A stretch of 64,000 bases of DNA from Mobula birostris (taxonomy: Eukaryota): NCBI RefSeq assembly GCF_030028105.1, contig NC_092389.1:19579180-19643179 (forward strand), written 5' to 3'. The stretch's first letter is position 1, and each line of letters begins with the position of its first letter. A program made the translations under genes and the position numbers. The notes under the pieces are model-generated. The model was not told the origin of the DNA, did no database searches, and saw nothing but the letters and a program-made list of their open reading frames with translations. Of this stretch, positions 11,671-25,476 are shown one piece after another.

Positions 11671-13289
11671 ACAACATGACATCTTCCTGTTGTGGTAACC
11701 ACAGAAAATTATGTGGTACCACTGAGCTAACAGAAAGGTGTTTTACAATGGTTGTAGCCAAAGTTTCCTCATTCAATCATCATGAGCAAAATCAGACAAT
11801 GCAGTCATTCTTTAGTTGACTATCTTGCTAAATGCTAATTATCTGTCCTATTTCCATGGTGAATAAGTGTAACAGTATATCTGGGGAAAAATACCCATTG
11901 TAAAATGCTGTGAAATATTCTGAGAATGCCATGAGGGCTTTTTAAGTGCTTGCCTGAAGTGTTTTGAGCTCACTGATATCTGACTTAAATAATTACTGAT
12001 AAATGATTCTGATTGATACTTAAGTTTTTGATTTGAAAATGAGTTGTTACTCATTACAAGGTTATTTTCCAGAGCCAGTGCTATGCTTTTATCAATCTAG
12101 CAGAAAATGGCTGAAATGGCTCCTTTCGGTTCTTAGAAAATGCAACTAAAGTACCTCGGTTAGAAAGATAGCCCACAGCCCAACTTATGCTCAAGTTTAG
12201 ATCACAACTCTTGGACAAGTTATTTATTTCTTTCACTGGGTACAAGTGACAATTGTACCTCTTTAATTTTGTGCTTCTTTTAATGATTTAATAAAACTTA
12301 TGCCTTATGATGAATTTACTGAAATTTACGTGCTCTAAATTCATCAGTTTTTGGACAAATGTTGAGCAATGCATTACATCACATAAAGCACCAAGCACTT
12401 GGAGTGTCACTCAAAAATTTGAAGAAATGGACAAAAGCATATCCCTGTGTAACAAAGGATTTGATCAATTTGTGATTGTTACTCAGTTCAGGATGTCGAT
12501 TTACTGCAAATGCACCAGGGTACATTTATATCTGCCATAAATTTCATTTATATCTTCCAAACATTGACAATTGATTAAATGGTCAAATGAAATGTTTCAT
12601 AGTACGGTTTATAGTAATCTTTATGTGAAAGATATTCTGCATTCATTTAATGCAAACCTTAACTTTTTTAAAGAAGGGATCCTTATGCTCCACAACCGCT
12701 GGACTAAGTGTGTAAATGTAGGAAAAGTAAATGTGCTAGGTTTTCTGAAATTGACTCCTTCTGCCCTAGGCCACGAACTTATCAATCACCCCTTGTATGA
12801 ATCAACATTGGTAAGAATCATGACGAGCACACATAAAGAAAATGTGTTCTTTTAAGTGTTAAGAACGTAATAGTGTAGATGTTTGAAAGTGGCAATGTGG
12901 CCATACTGATAATAAGAACACAATCAAAATTAAGCACATGAAATGGATATTTTCTCTAAGGGAAATATTTAAAAACAACTAACTTCTTCAAGAAAAGAAT
13001 AAATAAAATCTGCAAATCTGCAAATGAAAAGGCTTTTTTGTTAAGGCTAAGCATGAGGAATACGTGCATAATGGCTCAGACAGATAAAGATAAAGAACCG
13101 TTAAGTTATCAGCAGAAATAATACATATACTGTCATATTTTTTACTACATAACCCAAAATCATGCATTCATAATGAGATCAGCAGCATAGTTTACCAATT
13201 TAAATAGAAAGTGCTTTTGGTCAGTTAATTGACAATAATTACATTAATATATTAAAACGTGAATATGTCCATTTATGAATTGATCACAA

Positions 13290-13610
13290 TAATCAATTGT
13301 TGATGGGTTTATTATTGTCACGTGTACTGAGATACAGTAAAAAATTGGTCTTTCGTACATTCACTCGGATGAAATTATTGCAACAGTGCATTAAGGTAGG
13401 ACAAGGTAAAACAGTAACACAATGCAGAATAGAGTATTACAATTACAGAGAAAGTGCAGCACAGGTAGGCAATAAGGTACAAGATTATAAAGAGATAGAT
13501 TATGAGGTCAAGAATCCATCTTGTTGAAATAAGGATCCATTCAATAGATCAATAGTGGGATAGAAGCTGTCCTTGAGCTTGGTGGTATATGCTTTCAGGA
13601 TTCCACGTAG
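13290..13610 (-). mobile_element. Rex1/L2-like LINE 3' end
   Basis: TTTATTATTGTCAC...GATACAGT complement of the tail type also seen at 48430-48490 and 53845+. Confidence 0.55.
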
Positions 13611-13729
13611 GGGAGATGGGGAAAACACATGTTCACACAACTATATTTATTTAAAGTGGTTTCACAAAATCTAATATTAGAAATGATAGACAACAATAAA
13701 ATATTATCAGATAAGGGTTAGGAAGTCTG

Positions 13730-14310
13730 TCTGATGTAGTCTGATGAAAGATCTTGAGCCAATACATCAACTGTATATTTTGCTCTATTTTTGCTTCCTG
13801 ACCTGTTGAGTTCCTCCAGCACTTTGCGTGTGTTGCTCATGATTTCTAGCATCTGCAGAATCTCTTATGTTTAGAAAATGAACTTTCAATTGGAAGATTA
13901 AGTAATAAATTGGGGTAGGAGGAACTACAAAAGCTTTAAATAGAGCATTAAAATATCAGAGAACAGAAATAAATTAAGTAAGAATTAAGAAATTATTCCA
14001 AAAACCAAGGATTTAAGAGTGAACATCAAATAAAAACATTGGACATTACAAACTAAAATTTAAGAAAACATTAGACCTTGATGTTATGATTAGAAATCTT
14101 AGTCAGTATAGGCTGGGGATGGAACTGTTTAATATGCTCAGATTGATATGTTGACACATTTGGCAACATTCCTAATATATGATTATTCAGGTTAATGAAC
14201 AGAAATATTTTTGAGCAACACACACAAAATGTTGGAGGAACTCAGCAGGTCAGGCAACATCTATGGAAAGGAGTATAGTCAACATTTCAGGCCAAGAACC
14301 TTCATCAGAT
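13730..14310. mobile_element. Two opposed Penelope-like terminal fragments (about 13730-13870 on +, 14215-14310 on -)
   Basis: The family sequence appears in both orientations with decayed CTGATGA...GAAA motifs. Confidence 0.6.
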
Positions 14311-14474
14311 CTCAATTTTTTTTGAGCTGGAAGGAAGGGAAAATATATTTAATGAAATAGGACAATTTCTCTAAGGGGCGCTTTTGGTAGGACACATACA
14401 ATGGAGCTGGGCCAGTTTCGGAGATGACTTCCTTGTGAAACTCATTGGAGTCAAGCAATTTAAAGAGATAAAGA

Positions 14475-14790
14475 TTAAAGATTAGCTTTATTTGTTACAT
14501 GAACATTGAAGCATCGAAACATACAGTGAAATGCGTCTTTTGCATCAATGACCAACAGGGTCATAGGATGTGCTGGGGGCAGCCCACTGGTGTTGCCATC
14601 CTTCCAAGACTAATATAGCATGGCCATAGCATAACTTAGTAACCACAAGCCATACATCTTTGGAATGTGGAAGGAAACCAGAGCTGCTGGAGGAAACCTA
14701 TGCAGTCACAGGCAGAACATGCAAACTCCTTAAACTCCAATCTTGAAGGTGGAGGTATAAAGCACTACGGTAATCATTACACTGCCATCC
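14475..14790 (-). mobile_element. HE1/V-SINE-like SINE
   Basis: Parallels 3212-3522 (AGATTAGCTTTATTTG...GGATGTGCTGGG...GGAGGAAACC...GCAAACTCC). Confidence 0.65.
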
Positions 14791-17784
14791 TACAATCTAT
14801 AAGCATACACAATCCATATTTCAAAAATGGCACTGCACAGGATCCAATATCAGTTATTTCCTATGTGTCCTCATTCCTGTTTTGGAAAGAGTATGATTGT
14901 TGACAAAAATTCAACAATCTCAACAAATTCAGTTATTTACATAACTGGCTTGGGGACTGTGAAATTATATATGCACTAATAATTTTTAGTTCCTAAAGCC
15001 ACTGCTATAAATTCACCATTTCCATTAAAAATGTACTTGAAAATTTGTGATATTGCACACAGTAAATTGTCCTTGTTTTCAAATAGCGACAATAAAAATT
15101 GCACAATACCAGCAGCCTTCATACAGTCAATCAGATTTGTGACTACTTGAATTGGACCATAACCTGAACCAACCAAAAATAATCTTTGCAAAGACTGGAA
15201 CAGATGACATCCTCATTGTAACATCTTATCTTTCCCAGTTTACTTAAAAATTTTTTAATAATATGGTTTGATTGATTATAAACTGATTTTTGTAACGATG
15301 CATTTCTTAGATATTACTGATCTGTAATAATAGGTGACATGTTGCGATAAACAAAGGAATTTTTGGAATGGAATATTACCTCCCAAGCTATCTTATTTAA
15401 AAACATAACTTGCACACTATATGCTATCAATTTCTACGATTGTAGATCTCAATCCAGACATTCCTCTAATCTTCACATTTACAGGCTTGGTGAACTTTTG
15501 TTAACCTCTATTTGTAATCAAAATAAAAATAATAAAAATGTAATAATTTGACAAACTTTCATTGCACAGATGTTGTTTGACCCAGTGAGTTCCTCCAGCA
15601 GATTGATTTTTGTTCCATATTCCAACATCTGCAGTCTCTTGTGGCTCCGAAGTGTAGCAATTGACAGCTTGACAATTAATTGATAGCGATGTACTATTTT
15701 CTACTGCGGTCACCAAAGCCTATGCTAAAGGCATATCCAGCTGCATACCACACACTGTTCTCACTTACAATTGCTGCAGTTAACCACACTTCTTAAAGTC
15801 ATAGAACTGTGGCTCCAAACCAGAGCGAGCAGAAATGCAAATACAAAGCTACCACCCTTTCCAGTTATTGCAAGGTTTTTTTCTATGATTTCTTGTAACA
15901 GGAGCAAAATGTGATTTAATATATGAAGGCTGCGATTGTACTATGGAATTCTTATCTCTACTGTTCTTTCACAAGGGCGATTTAATGTATAGAACACCAG
16001 ATCTTTTCAAATACTGTCCTATTATCCCATCAAAACTCTTTAATCAGAAAAGACTGTATCAAGGGGCTGGATACATTACTATTAAGATTAAAAAGCCTAC
16101 TTCATTTGCTTCAGTAATTAACAATGAAGGGGAAAACATTTCTGGCGTTCAGTGTCCATTATCCTGAATCTGAGTTAGGATGATTACTCTGATGATAAAT
16201 TAATCAGTTACTTTGTAGATGTATTTTGTTAATTTAAAAGAGTAATCAAATATGTAAGTTGTTTGATTCATTTTTAATTGTTACATAATTTTCTTCAATT
16301 TTAATTTGGCCTTGTTACATGTAGGATAATAATACTTAGCTCATCTTCCCTGAGTATGATAATCATTGGAGCAGATATTCTTCTTGTCTTCTAGTGAAAA
16401 ATGGGTGGAATGTCTTCATTTCTGACCAAGATAATCCTAGTCAATATTTCGTCCATGTGTGTCTGTCATAGTGGTTGTCATTTACTGTCGCTGCTGCATG
16501 TAAATTTCTACCTTTTCATTAAGTCGTGCCTTAAAACCTGTTGTGCCCACTGACCAGCAGTCTATCAGCCCCCAAGTAAACTATAAGACAAGCCATGCAA
16601 AATGGAAAGGGCAACCCTTTGGCATAGAATACAACTCGTCACCAAATCCTAATGTAGTGTCAGGGGACTCATCCAGTATGGAATTCACGGCAGAAAGATA
16701 TAAACCAGAGTCAAGAAAGCAACACAATTTTCAGAGAGAACCTTGAAAACCCAAATTTTGGAATATCTTGCCAAAGAATGGAGAATAAATCTGTTTCAAA
16801 TTCAGTCCAGAAAACCAGAGAAAGGCCACTTAGATGCAGGATATCCTCTGATTTTGCTTAAAACATTTATTAAAATTAATTTCTATTCTCTTTTGGTAGG
16901 GATGTGTATGGCAATATTAATATAAAATGGAAACACTACAATTGAGTAAGCTGTATCTATTAGACATGAAACTTTTAAAGATATATATTCCCAGCATACG
17001 TTTTAAATATCTTCTCATGGGCTGCACAATGTTTCTAATGGATTAACACCACCATAGATGTAATTCAGATAAATTTCCTCTAACCTTGGTCCTGCTTATA
17101 CAAGACACAGAGCAGGATATCTTTCTTTAAGAAATCCATGGCAAAGAGTAGTACATCATGGAAACTGGCCTACCAGCCAAACCGCTCCAACCAAAATGTC
17201 CAACTAAAGACTGTGTGCATTCACTTTGTCTATGGCCCAAATTTATGAAATGTATTTAAATGCATTTAAATTTTAGATGCTGAGATAGCACCATACTTGA
17301 GTTGAGAAAATGTTGTATATTAATTTTGAAAAGACCATAGGTGACGATGAGAAACCCAAGAACTAGTGGTCAGATCACATCACGCTTTGGTTACAAAATC
17401 CTGTAAACTGCACTCAATCTGCATTGCAGAGGGAGAAAAAGGTTTCCTCCGTCATGAGGATTTTTGGTGATCTCATTGCACCCTTGGAGCTTAGAACAGG
17501 AAATTCATGGGTGATGGGGGACCTGGGGCCCAAGAGGAGCAAGGGGAGAAAATTCAGCACGCTGATGATGAAACATTAGTCATTATGAGAACATAAATTT
17601 AAATCACTCTCTATGCACAGTGGAAAAATACACCAATGTCATCTAGTTAATTTAAGCTTGAATTTCACATATAGATATAATAGTCTGAGTGACACTCAGT
17701 ATGTTCTTCTATATCAAGAATAATAATATTACTATTTAGAAAAGTCTGTGGTGTTCCTCCATCTAATCTGCTCCTACTCTGCTG

Positions 17785-20700
17785 CAGAAACATAGAAAAC
17801 CTACAGCACAATACAGGCCCTTCGGCCCACAAAGCTGTGCCAAACATGTCCTTACCTTAGAAATACCTAGGCTTACCCATAGCCCTCTATTTTTCTAAGC
17901 TCCATGTATCCATCCAGGAGTCTCTTAAAAAACCCTATCGTTTCCATCTCCACCACCGCCAATGGCAGCCCATTCCTCACACTCACCACTCCCTGTAAAA
18001 AACTTACCCCTGACATCTCCTCTGTACCTACTTCCAAGCACTTTAAAACTATGCCCTCTCGTGCTAGCCATTTCAGCCCTGAAAAAAAGCCTCTGACTAT
18101 CCAGATGATCAATGCCTCTCATTATCTTGTACACCCCTATCAGGTCACCTCTCATCCTCCGTCGCTCCAAGGAGAAAAGGTCAACTTCACTCAATCTATA
18201 AGGCATGCTCCCCAATCCAGGCAACATCCTTGTAGTTCTCCTCTGCACCCTTTCTATGGTTTCCGCAGCCTTCCTGTAGTGAGGCGAATAGAATTGAACA
18301 CAATACTCCAAGTGCGTCTGACCAGGGTCCTATACAGCTGCAACATTACCTCTCAGCTCTTAAACTCAATCCTACAATTGATGAAGGCCAATGCACTGTA
18401 TGCCTTCTTAACCACAGAGTCAACCTGCTTGGCAGCTTTTAGTGTTCTATGGACTCAGACCCCAAGATCCCTCTGATCCTCCACACTGCCAAGAATCTTA
18501 CCATTAATGCTATATTCTGCCATCATATTTGACCTACCAAAATAAACCACCTCACACTTATCTGGGTTGAACTCCATCTGTCACTTTTCAGCCCAGTTTT
18601 GCATCCTATCAATGTCCCGCGGTAACCTCTGACAGCCCTCCATACTATCCACAACATCCCAACCTTTGTGTCATCAGCAAACTTACTAACCCATTCCACC
18701 ACTTCCTCATCCAGGTCCTTTATAAAAATCACAAACAAAGAGTAGGGGTCCCAGAACAGATCCCTGAGGCACACCACTGGTCACTGGCCTCCATGCAGAA
18801 TATGACCCATCTACAACCACTCTTTGCCTTCTGTGGGCAAACCAGTTCTGGATCCACAAAGCAATGTCCCCTTGGATCCCATACCTCCTTACTTCCTCAA
18901 TAAGTCTTGCATGTACTTTACCAAATGCCTTGCTAAAATCCATATACACTACGTCAACAGCTCTACCTTCATCAATGTGTTTAGTCACATCCTCACAAAA
19001 TTCAATTAGGCTTGTAAGGCACGACCTGCCTTTGACAAAGCCATGCTGACTATTCCTAATCGTATTATGCCTCTCCAAATGTTGATAAGTCCTGCATCTC
19101 ATGATCTTCTCCATCAACTTACCAACCACTGAAGTAAGACTCACCGGTCTATAATTTCCTGGGCTATCCTTACTCCCTTTCTTGAATAAAGGAACAACAT
19201 CCGCAACCCTCCAATCCTCTGGAACCTCTCCCGTCCCCATCGATGATGCAAAAATCATCGCCAGAGGCTCAGCAATCTCCTCCCTCACCTCCCACAGTAG
19301 CCTGGGGTACATCCCGTCTGGTCGCAGTGACTTATCCAACTTGATGCTTTCCAAAAGCTCCTGCACATCCTCTTTCTTAATATCTACATGCTCAAGCTTT
19401 TCAGTCTGCTGCAAGTCATCTCTATGATCACCAAGATCCTTTTCCGTAGTGAATATGAAGCAAAGTATTCATTAAGTACCTCTGCTATCTCCTCCAGTTC
19501 CATACACACTTTTCCACTGTCACACTTGATTGGTCCTATTCTCTCACATCCTATCCTCTTGCTCTTCACATTCTTGTAGAATGCCTTGGGGCTTTCCTTA
19601 ATCCTGTCCACCAAGGCCTTCTCATGGCCCCTTCTGGCTCTCCTAATTTCATTCTTATGCTCCTTCCTGCTAGCCTTATAATCTTCTAGATCTCTATCAT
19701 TATCTAGTTTTTTGAACCTTTCGTAAGCTCTTCTTCTCTTCTTGACTAGATTTACAACAGCCTTTGTACACCATGATTTCTGTAACCTACCATCCTTTCC
19801 CTGTCTCATTGGAACATACCTACGCAGAACCCCACGCAAATATCTCCTGAACATTTGCTGCATTTCTTCCGTACGTTTCCTTGAGAACATCTGTTTCCAA
19901 TTTATGCTTCCAAGTTCCTGCCTGATGGCTTCATATTTCCCCTTACTCCAATTAAGCATTTCCCTAACTTGTCTGTTGCTATCCCTCTCCAATGCTATGG
20001 TAAAGGAGATAGAATTGTGATCATTATCTCCAAAATGCTCTCCCACTGAGAGACCTGACCCTGACCAGGTTCATTTCCTAATACCAGATCAAGTACAGCC
20101 TTTCCTCTTGTAGGTTTATCTACATATTGTGTCGAGAAACCTTCCTGAACACACCTAACAAACTCCACTCCATCTAAACCCCTCACTCTAGGGAGATGCC
20201 AATCAATATTTGGGAAATTAAAATCTCCCACCACAACAACCCTGTTATTATTACTCCTTTCCAGAATCTGCCTCCCTATCTGCTCTTCGATATCCCTGTT
20301 ACTATTGGGTGTTCTATAAAAAACACCCAGTAGAGTTATTGACCCCTTCCTGTTCCTAACTTCCACCCACAGAGACTCAGTAGACAACCCCTCCATGACC
20401 TCCTCCTTTTCTGCAGCTGTGACACTATCCCTGAGCAACATTGCCATGCCCCCACCTCTCTTCCCTCCTTCCCTGCCCGTTCTGAAACACCTAAAGCCAG
20501 GCACTTGAAGTAGCCATTCCTGCCCCTGCACCATCCAAGTCTCTGAAATGGCTACAACATTATAGCTCCAAGTGCTGATCCACACTCTATGCTCATCCAC
20601 TTTGTTCATAATACTCCTTGCATTAAAATAGACACATCTCAAACCATCGATCTGAACGCGTCCCTCTCTATCACCTGCCTATGCTCCCTTTCGCCCTGTC

Positions 20701-22590
20701 TCCAAGCTTTCTCTATTTGTGAGCCAAGCTCCCTTTTCCTCTGTCACTTCAGTTCTGTTCCCACCCCCCAGCAATCCCAGTTTAAACTCTCCCCAATAAC
20801 CTGAGCAAACATCCCCGCCAGGATATTGGTCCCCCTGGGATTCAAGTCCTTTTTCTACAGGTCATTCTGATGGAATGAAGGGATAGGTAAATAGGGGGAA
20901 AAACAGAGGACAATGATTAACTTATAATCAATCACATTGTAAGCACCTTAGCTTACTGCTTTGGACAAGTTTGCGCAGTCAAAAAGAAGTTTCACTCTGC
21001 AACCGGTGACATACTAGTCATTGTTCTCTAAAGATAGACAAAGACTCAAATAAGGAACCATCTGATCTTGCAGAAGCAGCTCAAGATACAGCTAAATATG
21101 AAGAGTATAGTGTAGGGGCTAGAATGTTCTGGAGAAAAGGGGAAGGGTCCGAATGAGGAACTGATGGGATAGCTTTGGCTTAAAATAATTATAACTAACT
21201 GACCAATGATTATTTTACATCTAATTGTATCTTTGCATGTGATTGAAATGATTCTAACATTACCTAAACTTGTAATCGTAAGATTTCCTGCTACCTGATC
21301 AATGTTATAAATTGTGGAGAACTGTGCAATTCGGGGGCAGTCTCCGGACTAGCTCCTTTGTGAGATCAGTCTGCAACTTCCCCCATAGCATGCTATGAGT
21401 AGAGAATAAAGGTTTGAAACAAATTACGTATGTCAGTGTATTTGTGGTACAATTGCTATTGCATCGGGTCCGATCGAGTAAAGACAATTCCTGCCCCAAA
21501 AGAGTTCCCAATGATCCAGAAATCTGAATCCCTGCCCCGTGCTCCAATCCCTCAGCCACGCATTCATCCTCCATCTCATTCTATTCCTATACTGACTGTC
21601 CTGTGGCACAAGCAGTAATCCCAAGATTACTACCTGTGAGGTCCTGCTTCTCATCTTCCTTCCTAACTCCCTGTGCTTTGTTTTCCTCCCTTTTCCTACC
21701 TATATCGTTGGTACCAATATGTTCCACAACCTCTGGCTGTTCTCCTTCCCACTTCAAGATATCGTGGACGCGATTAGAAACATCCTGGACCCTGGCACCT
21801 GGGAGGCAAACTACCATCCACGTTTCTTTCCTGCGCCCACAGAATCGCCTCTCTGACTCCTTAACTATAGAGTCCCCTATCACTGCTGCCATCTTCTTCC
21901 TTTTCCTACCCTTCTGAGCCACAGGGCCCGACTCTGTGCCAGAGGCATGACCACTGTTGCTTCCCCCAGGTAGGCCGTCTCCCCTAACAGTACTCAAACA
22001 GGAGTACTTATTGTTAAGAGGAACAGCCACAGGGATACTCTCTAGCACCTGCTTCTTGTCCTTCTCTCTCCTGACTGTTATCTACTTATCTGTCTCCCCA
22101 GTTCCCGGAGTGACTACCAGCCTATAGCTCCTCTCTATCACCTCTTCACTCTCCCTGACCAGATGAAGGTCATCGAGCTCTATCTCCAGTTCCCTGAGGC
22201 AGTCCCTAAAGAGCTGCAGCTCGACGCACCTGCTGCAGATGTGGCCGTCCGGGAGGCTGGGAGTCTTCAGGACCTCCCACAACTGACACCGAGCACAGAA
22301 AACTGGCCTCACACACATTCTTTCTGTCTGTATTCTAATCAGATAACCCACCTCGCTTCGACCCTTTATCGCTGAAGCCCCATGGAGCCATAGCCTTCCT
22401 TCTCTGTCTCCCTCTACTCTATCGGCCGCTCTGTAAAGCTGTCTTCTTTTTAAACTCTTCCCTCTGTTCTCACTGGCCGACCTCCGTGCACTTGCGCAGT
22501 CGTGCCCCTTCAAACTGCTGAAGAAATAACCGTCACCTTTTCAACTCTGCCCGCTTTAAAACTCTTCCCACTGTTCTCACCGGCTGACCT
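17785..22590 (-). mobile_element. Near-full-length CR1 LINE (ORF1 with Cys-rich N-terminus and SGNH esterase; ORF2 APE endonuclease plus RT; multiply frameshifted)
   Basis: ORF1 pieces 22082..22513, 21587..22048 (VIGDSIV, GTNDIG) and 21433..21654. Endonuclease 19995..20642 (AISETW, GDFNFP). RT 18707..19414 (YRPVSLTS, YMDFSKAF, VPQGSVLGP) and 18523..18777 (KFADD). TTCTATGT-type tail at 17785. Confidence 0.95.
20868..21486 (+). mobile_element. 619-bp solo LTR inserted in CR1 ORF1
   Basis: TG...CA termini, ATTC TSD at 20864-20867 and 21487-21490, TATAAA at 21306-21311, AATAAA at 21405-21410. Removing it restores WGRNDLY of CR1 ORF1. Confidence 0.85.
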
Positions 22591-25321
22591 GTATTTTAAG
22601 GCTTCACTTCTTCAAACAGTTAATTATTTCTCAAAGATAACATAAACTATTCTAACATCAACCTGAGAATCATAGTTTTTTTTCCGAAGTTTGCTTCAAA
22701 TTATTTTCATTTCAAAAACTTCTTGTGAGAGATTGTAGTAATTTCTCATTAGTCATATTGCCCATAGATCCTGTTAGACAACTTTTGACCTCTGCAGCAG
22801 AACTAAATAAAACCTATTTTCTTTTAATCCTCTTAATGAGTAACTCCACATCCTGATAGCCTTATGTAGAAGGAAAGGTATCCTTGGTCTCTTGACCGTG
22901 TTTATTCTTCATTCAACATATTCAAATATAAACTAACTGGCCATTATCACTTTGCTGTTTTTTGGTGAAAAATCACTTATCTCTATTTCCCTCCTCACAG
23001 ATGCAGCCTGCCATGTTGAGTATCCTCTGCATTTTATGTCCTTATATCACTTTGCTGTTTGGGCGATCCTGTAGTGAATAAGTTAGCCGCCATGTCCTGT
23101 GACTACATTTCTCAAGTACCTCACTGGTTCTAAAGCAGTTTGAGATTTTGTTAGGCAACACTTCCTATACTTCTCTAACTAAACAATATCACTTGGTTTC
23201 CCTTACAGCACCTAGCGGGAAAATTCCACTTTCTGCTAAAGTCAAAGCACTTCAAATTCTGTTCTGGCTCAGTATTCCAAAAGAGAATGCAATCATCAAA
23301 TCCTTCAGATTTAGGAGTTGCAAGTACCTTGAATGAAGCCAGCATAACTGTTCAGAAAATATGTTCCTCCCTATAATAAGCAATGCTAAAATTAAGTTCT
23401 CTTTTAACACTTCTTCCATTCTGACCTCTTGAACAGGACAGAATAGTTTAATTATCTCATCAATGACAGACATGCCTTTAGGTCATCCTAAGTCCCTCAA
23501 TTCTGAATGTCCCCTCCTAAATCTCTCTACGTAGTTGTGTCTCTCTCTTAAGCCATTTAATAACAACTACCTCTTTGCCATTGATTTTATGTGTCTGTCC
23601 AAATGTACCTTCGTGCCAAATTTTATTTTATGCATATTTTATGCATTTAGCGATACAGCGTGGTGTAGGCCTACCGGGCCATCATGTCGTGCTATTCCAG
23701 CAACCCCAATTAATCCTAACCTAATCACAGGACAATGTACAATGACCAATTAACTTACTCGAGCTGACCGGTGGTATAGTGGCATCAGCGCCAGACTTGG
23801 AGGCGAGTGGTCCCGGGTTCGAATCTGCTGCTGGCTCGAGCCAGCAACTCAGCCTCATAAAAAACAGACAAAATGATAAAGAAATGGCGAGACTGCCACC
23901 TGATGCGCCACAAGGCGTGGAGAGGAATAACGTAACAATTAACCTACTCAGTATATCTTGGAATGTGGGAGGAAACTGGAGCACCCGGGAAAACCACGGG
24001 GAGGACGTACAGAGACTCCTTACAGAACGGCGCCGGAATTGAACTCCAAACTCCGGAATGCCCCGAGCTGTAATAGCATCGTTTGATAACATCCCTGAGA
24101 AGTGGTTTGGAATATTTTCTGGATATTAAGTTTGTGAATAAAATATAGATAATGTGTACTATTTTAGAAGCTTAGCCCTACATAAAGCACGACTGAAGGC
24201 AATTCCATCATAATGACAGATTCAAAGTATTATGGAGATAATCAAAATTTTTGTTGAAACATCTTTTATAAGTAAGCATTTCAAAAAAACAATGAATCAA
24301 TCAATACAAATGGCATCAAGAGTTTAAACTATACACTTCGTGTAACTCCTTGAGTGGCAGCAACACGTTCCTTTTAATCTCTTCTTTGAGTTTTGCATCA
24401 TACCTTAAGAACCAAAATCAATTCGTAGCCTTCACAATTTTAGTAAACGCAATACTTGTTATGATTAATCTCCTCTCATAATTTAAACCTAGGGGTCTAG
24501 ATGCCATTCTGATAAAGTTGCATGTCATTTCATCTAATGTTGTAACGTGCATGTCTTTGATCATAAGCAATATATGTTGTTTTAATATTACTAAATTTTA
24601 TAGCATGTGACTAACAGCTCTCTGGATTGTAATGGTAACTATATTAAGTTCCAGAGAGAAACTCTTGAGGAATCCTTGAATAAAAGTCAAACCTTGATCT
24701 CTATATGTACCATGGGCATTTATCTGCATGTTTTGCAAATGGACTTCGTTGGTCGTTAAGAATCTATAGAGAACTCATACTACACAAAGGGAATTTAGGA
24801 GTGTTCCCCAAGATCTGTTCAAAGTGCTCCTGGTATCTAATCACATCTTTATATAGCTGAGGCATAACTTCTACCCCACTGGATTCTGCATATAAAAAAA
24901 TTACATCCAATCAGCTTTCTGATTGCTTTCTGTACCTGATTGTGACACTTTACTGAACATAAAGCCCCAACTTTCTTCTTCATCGGAAGTTCTCCATTTG
25001 AGGTCATTCAGGTACAAAACAATAGCTTTATCTCAGTGTAAATTGAAATCCATTTGCCACATTTATAAAATACAATCTCCAACATGGATGCAGACCCAGC
25101 ATGGTTGAACATTGGGATTCAGACTTACTAAAATAAAAAAATGAAGCCAAAAAGTGAAAAAAAATCAGTAGGTACCTGTTTACCATCTAAGCATATTTAC
25201 ATTTTAGACTTTTAGATGCCATTATACAAATGCTAGTTTCAATCTTCCAAAGTGTACTTTAATTACCATGAAATACTTATTATCTTTGTAGTCTGTTCGG
25301 ATTTATTCAGGACTTATGGAA

Positions 25322-25476
25322 TTATGTGAATATAGGAGTTATTAATTCAAATGAGAACCAGTCCTCAGGAAATGCAATCTGTCCACAAGCTTCCATTGAT
25401 ATTTTGTGGCCCATGGCACCAGCTATGGGGTTAGGGTCATGGTCATAGGGATATTCTAATTCTGTCCCGTTTAAAA
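25322..25476 (-). CDS. Candidate terminal cytoplasmic exon (F)LNGTELEYPYDHDPNP...TPIFT* (duplicate copy nearest the gene)
   Basis: Strong acceptor tctgttgtcttcccctgcatAG, open in phase 1 for 50 codons to TAA, AATAAA on the minus strand at 25307-25302. No homology support. Confidence 0.3.

Larger units (their letters stand above)
6250..22863 (+). repeat. 16.6-kb tandem segmental duplication, copy 1
   Basis: ORF track repeats at offset 16612 (e.g. 6536/23148, 17904/34516). Sequence match starts at TTATGTAGAAGG (6250/22862). Confidence 0.98.

Noticed and set aside
15769-15812. Candidate exon with GTAAGT donor and pyrimidine-rich acceptor
   Set aside because: Both possible acceptors give a stop in phase 1, the phase needed after exon 6.
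20957-21027. 71-nt exon-like segment antisense within the solo LTR
   Set aside because: Splice signals are good but there are stops in all three frames. At most it is a cryptic poison exon.
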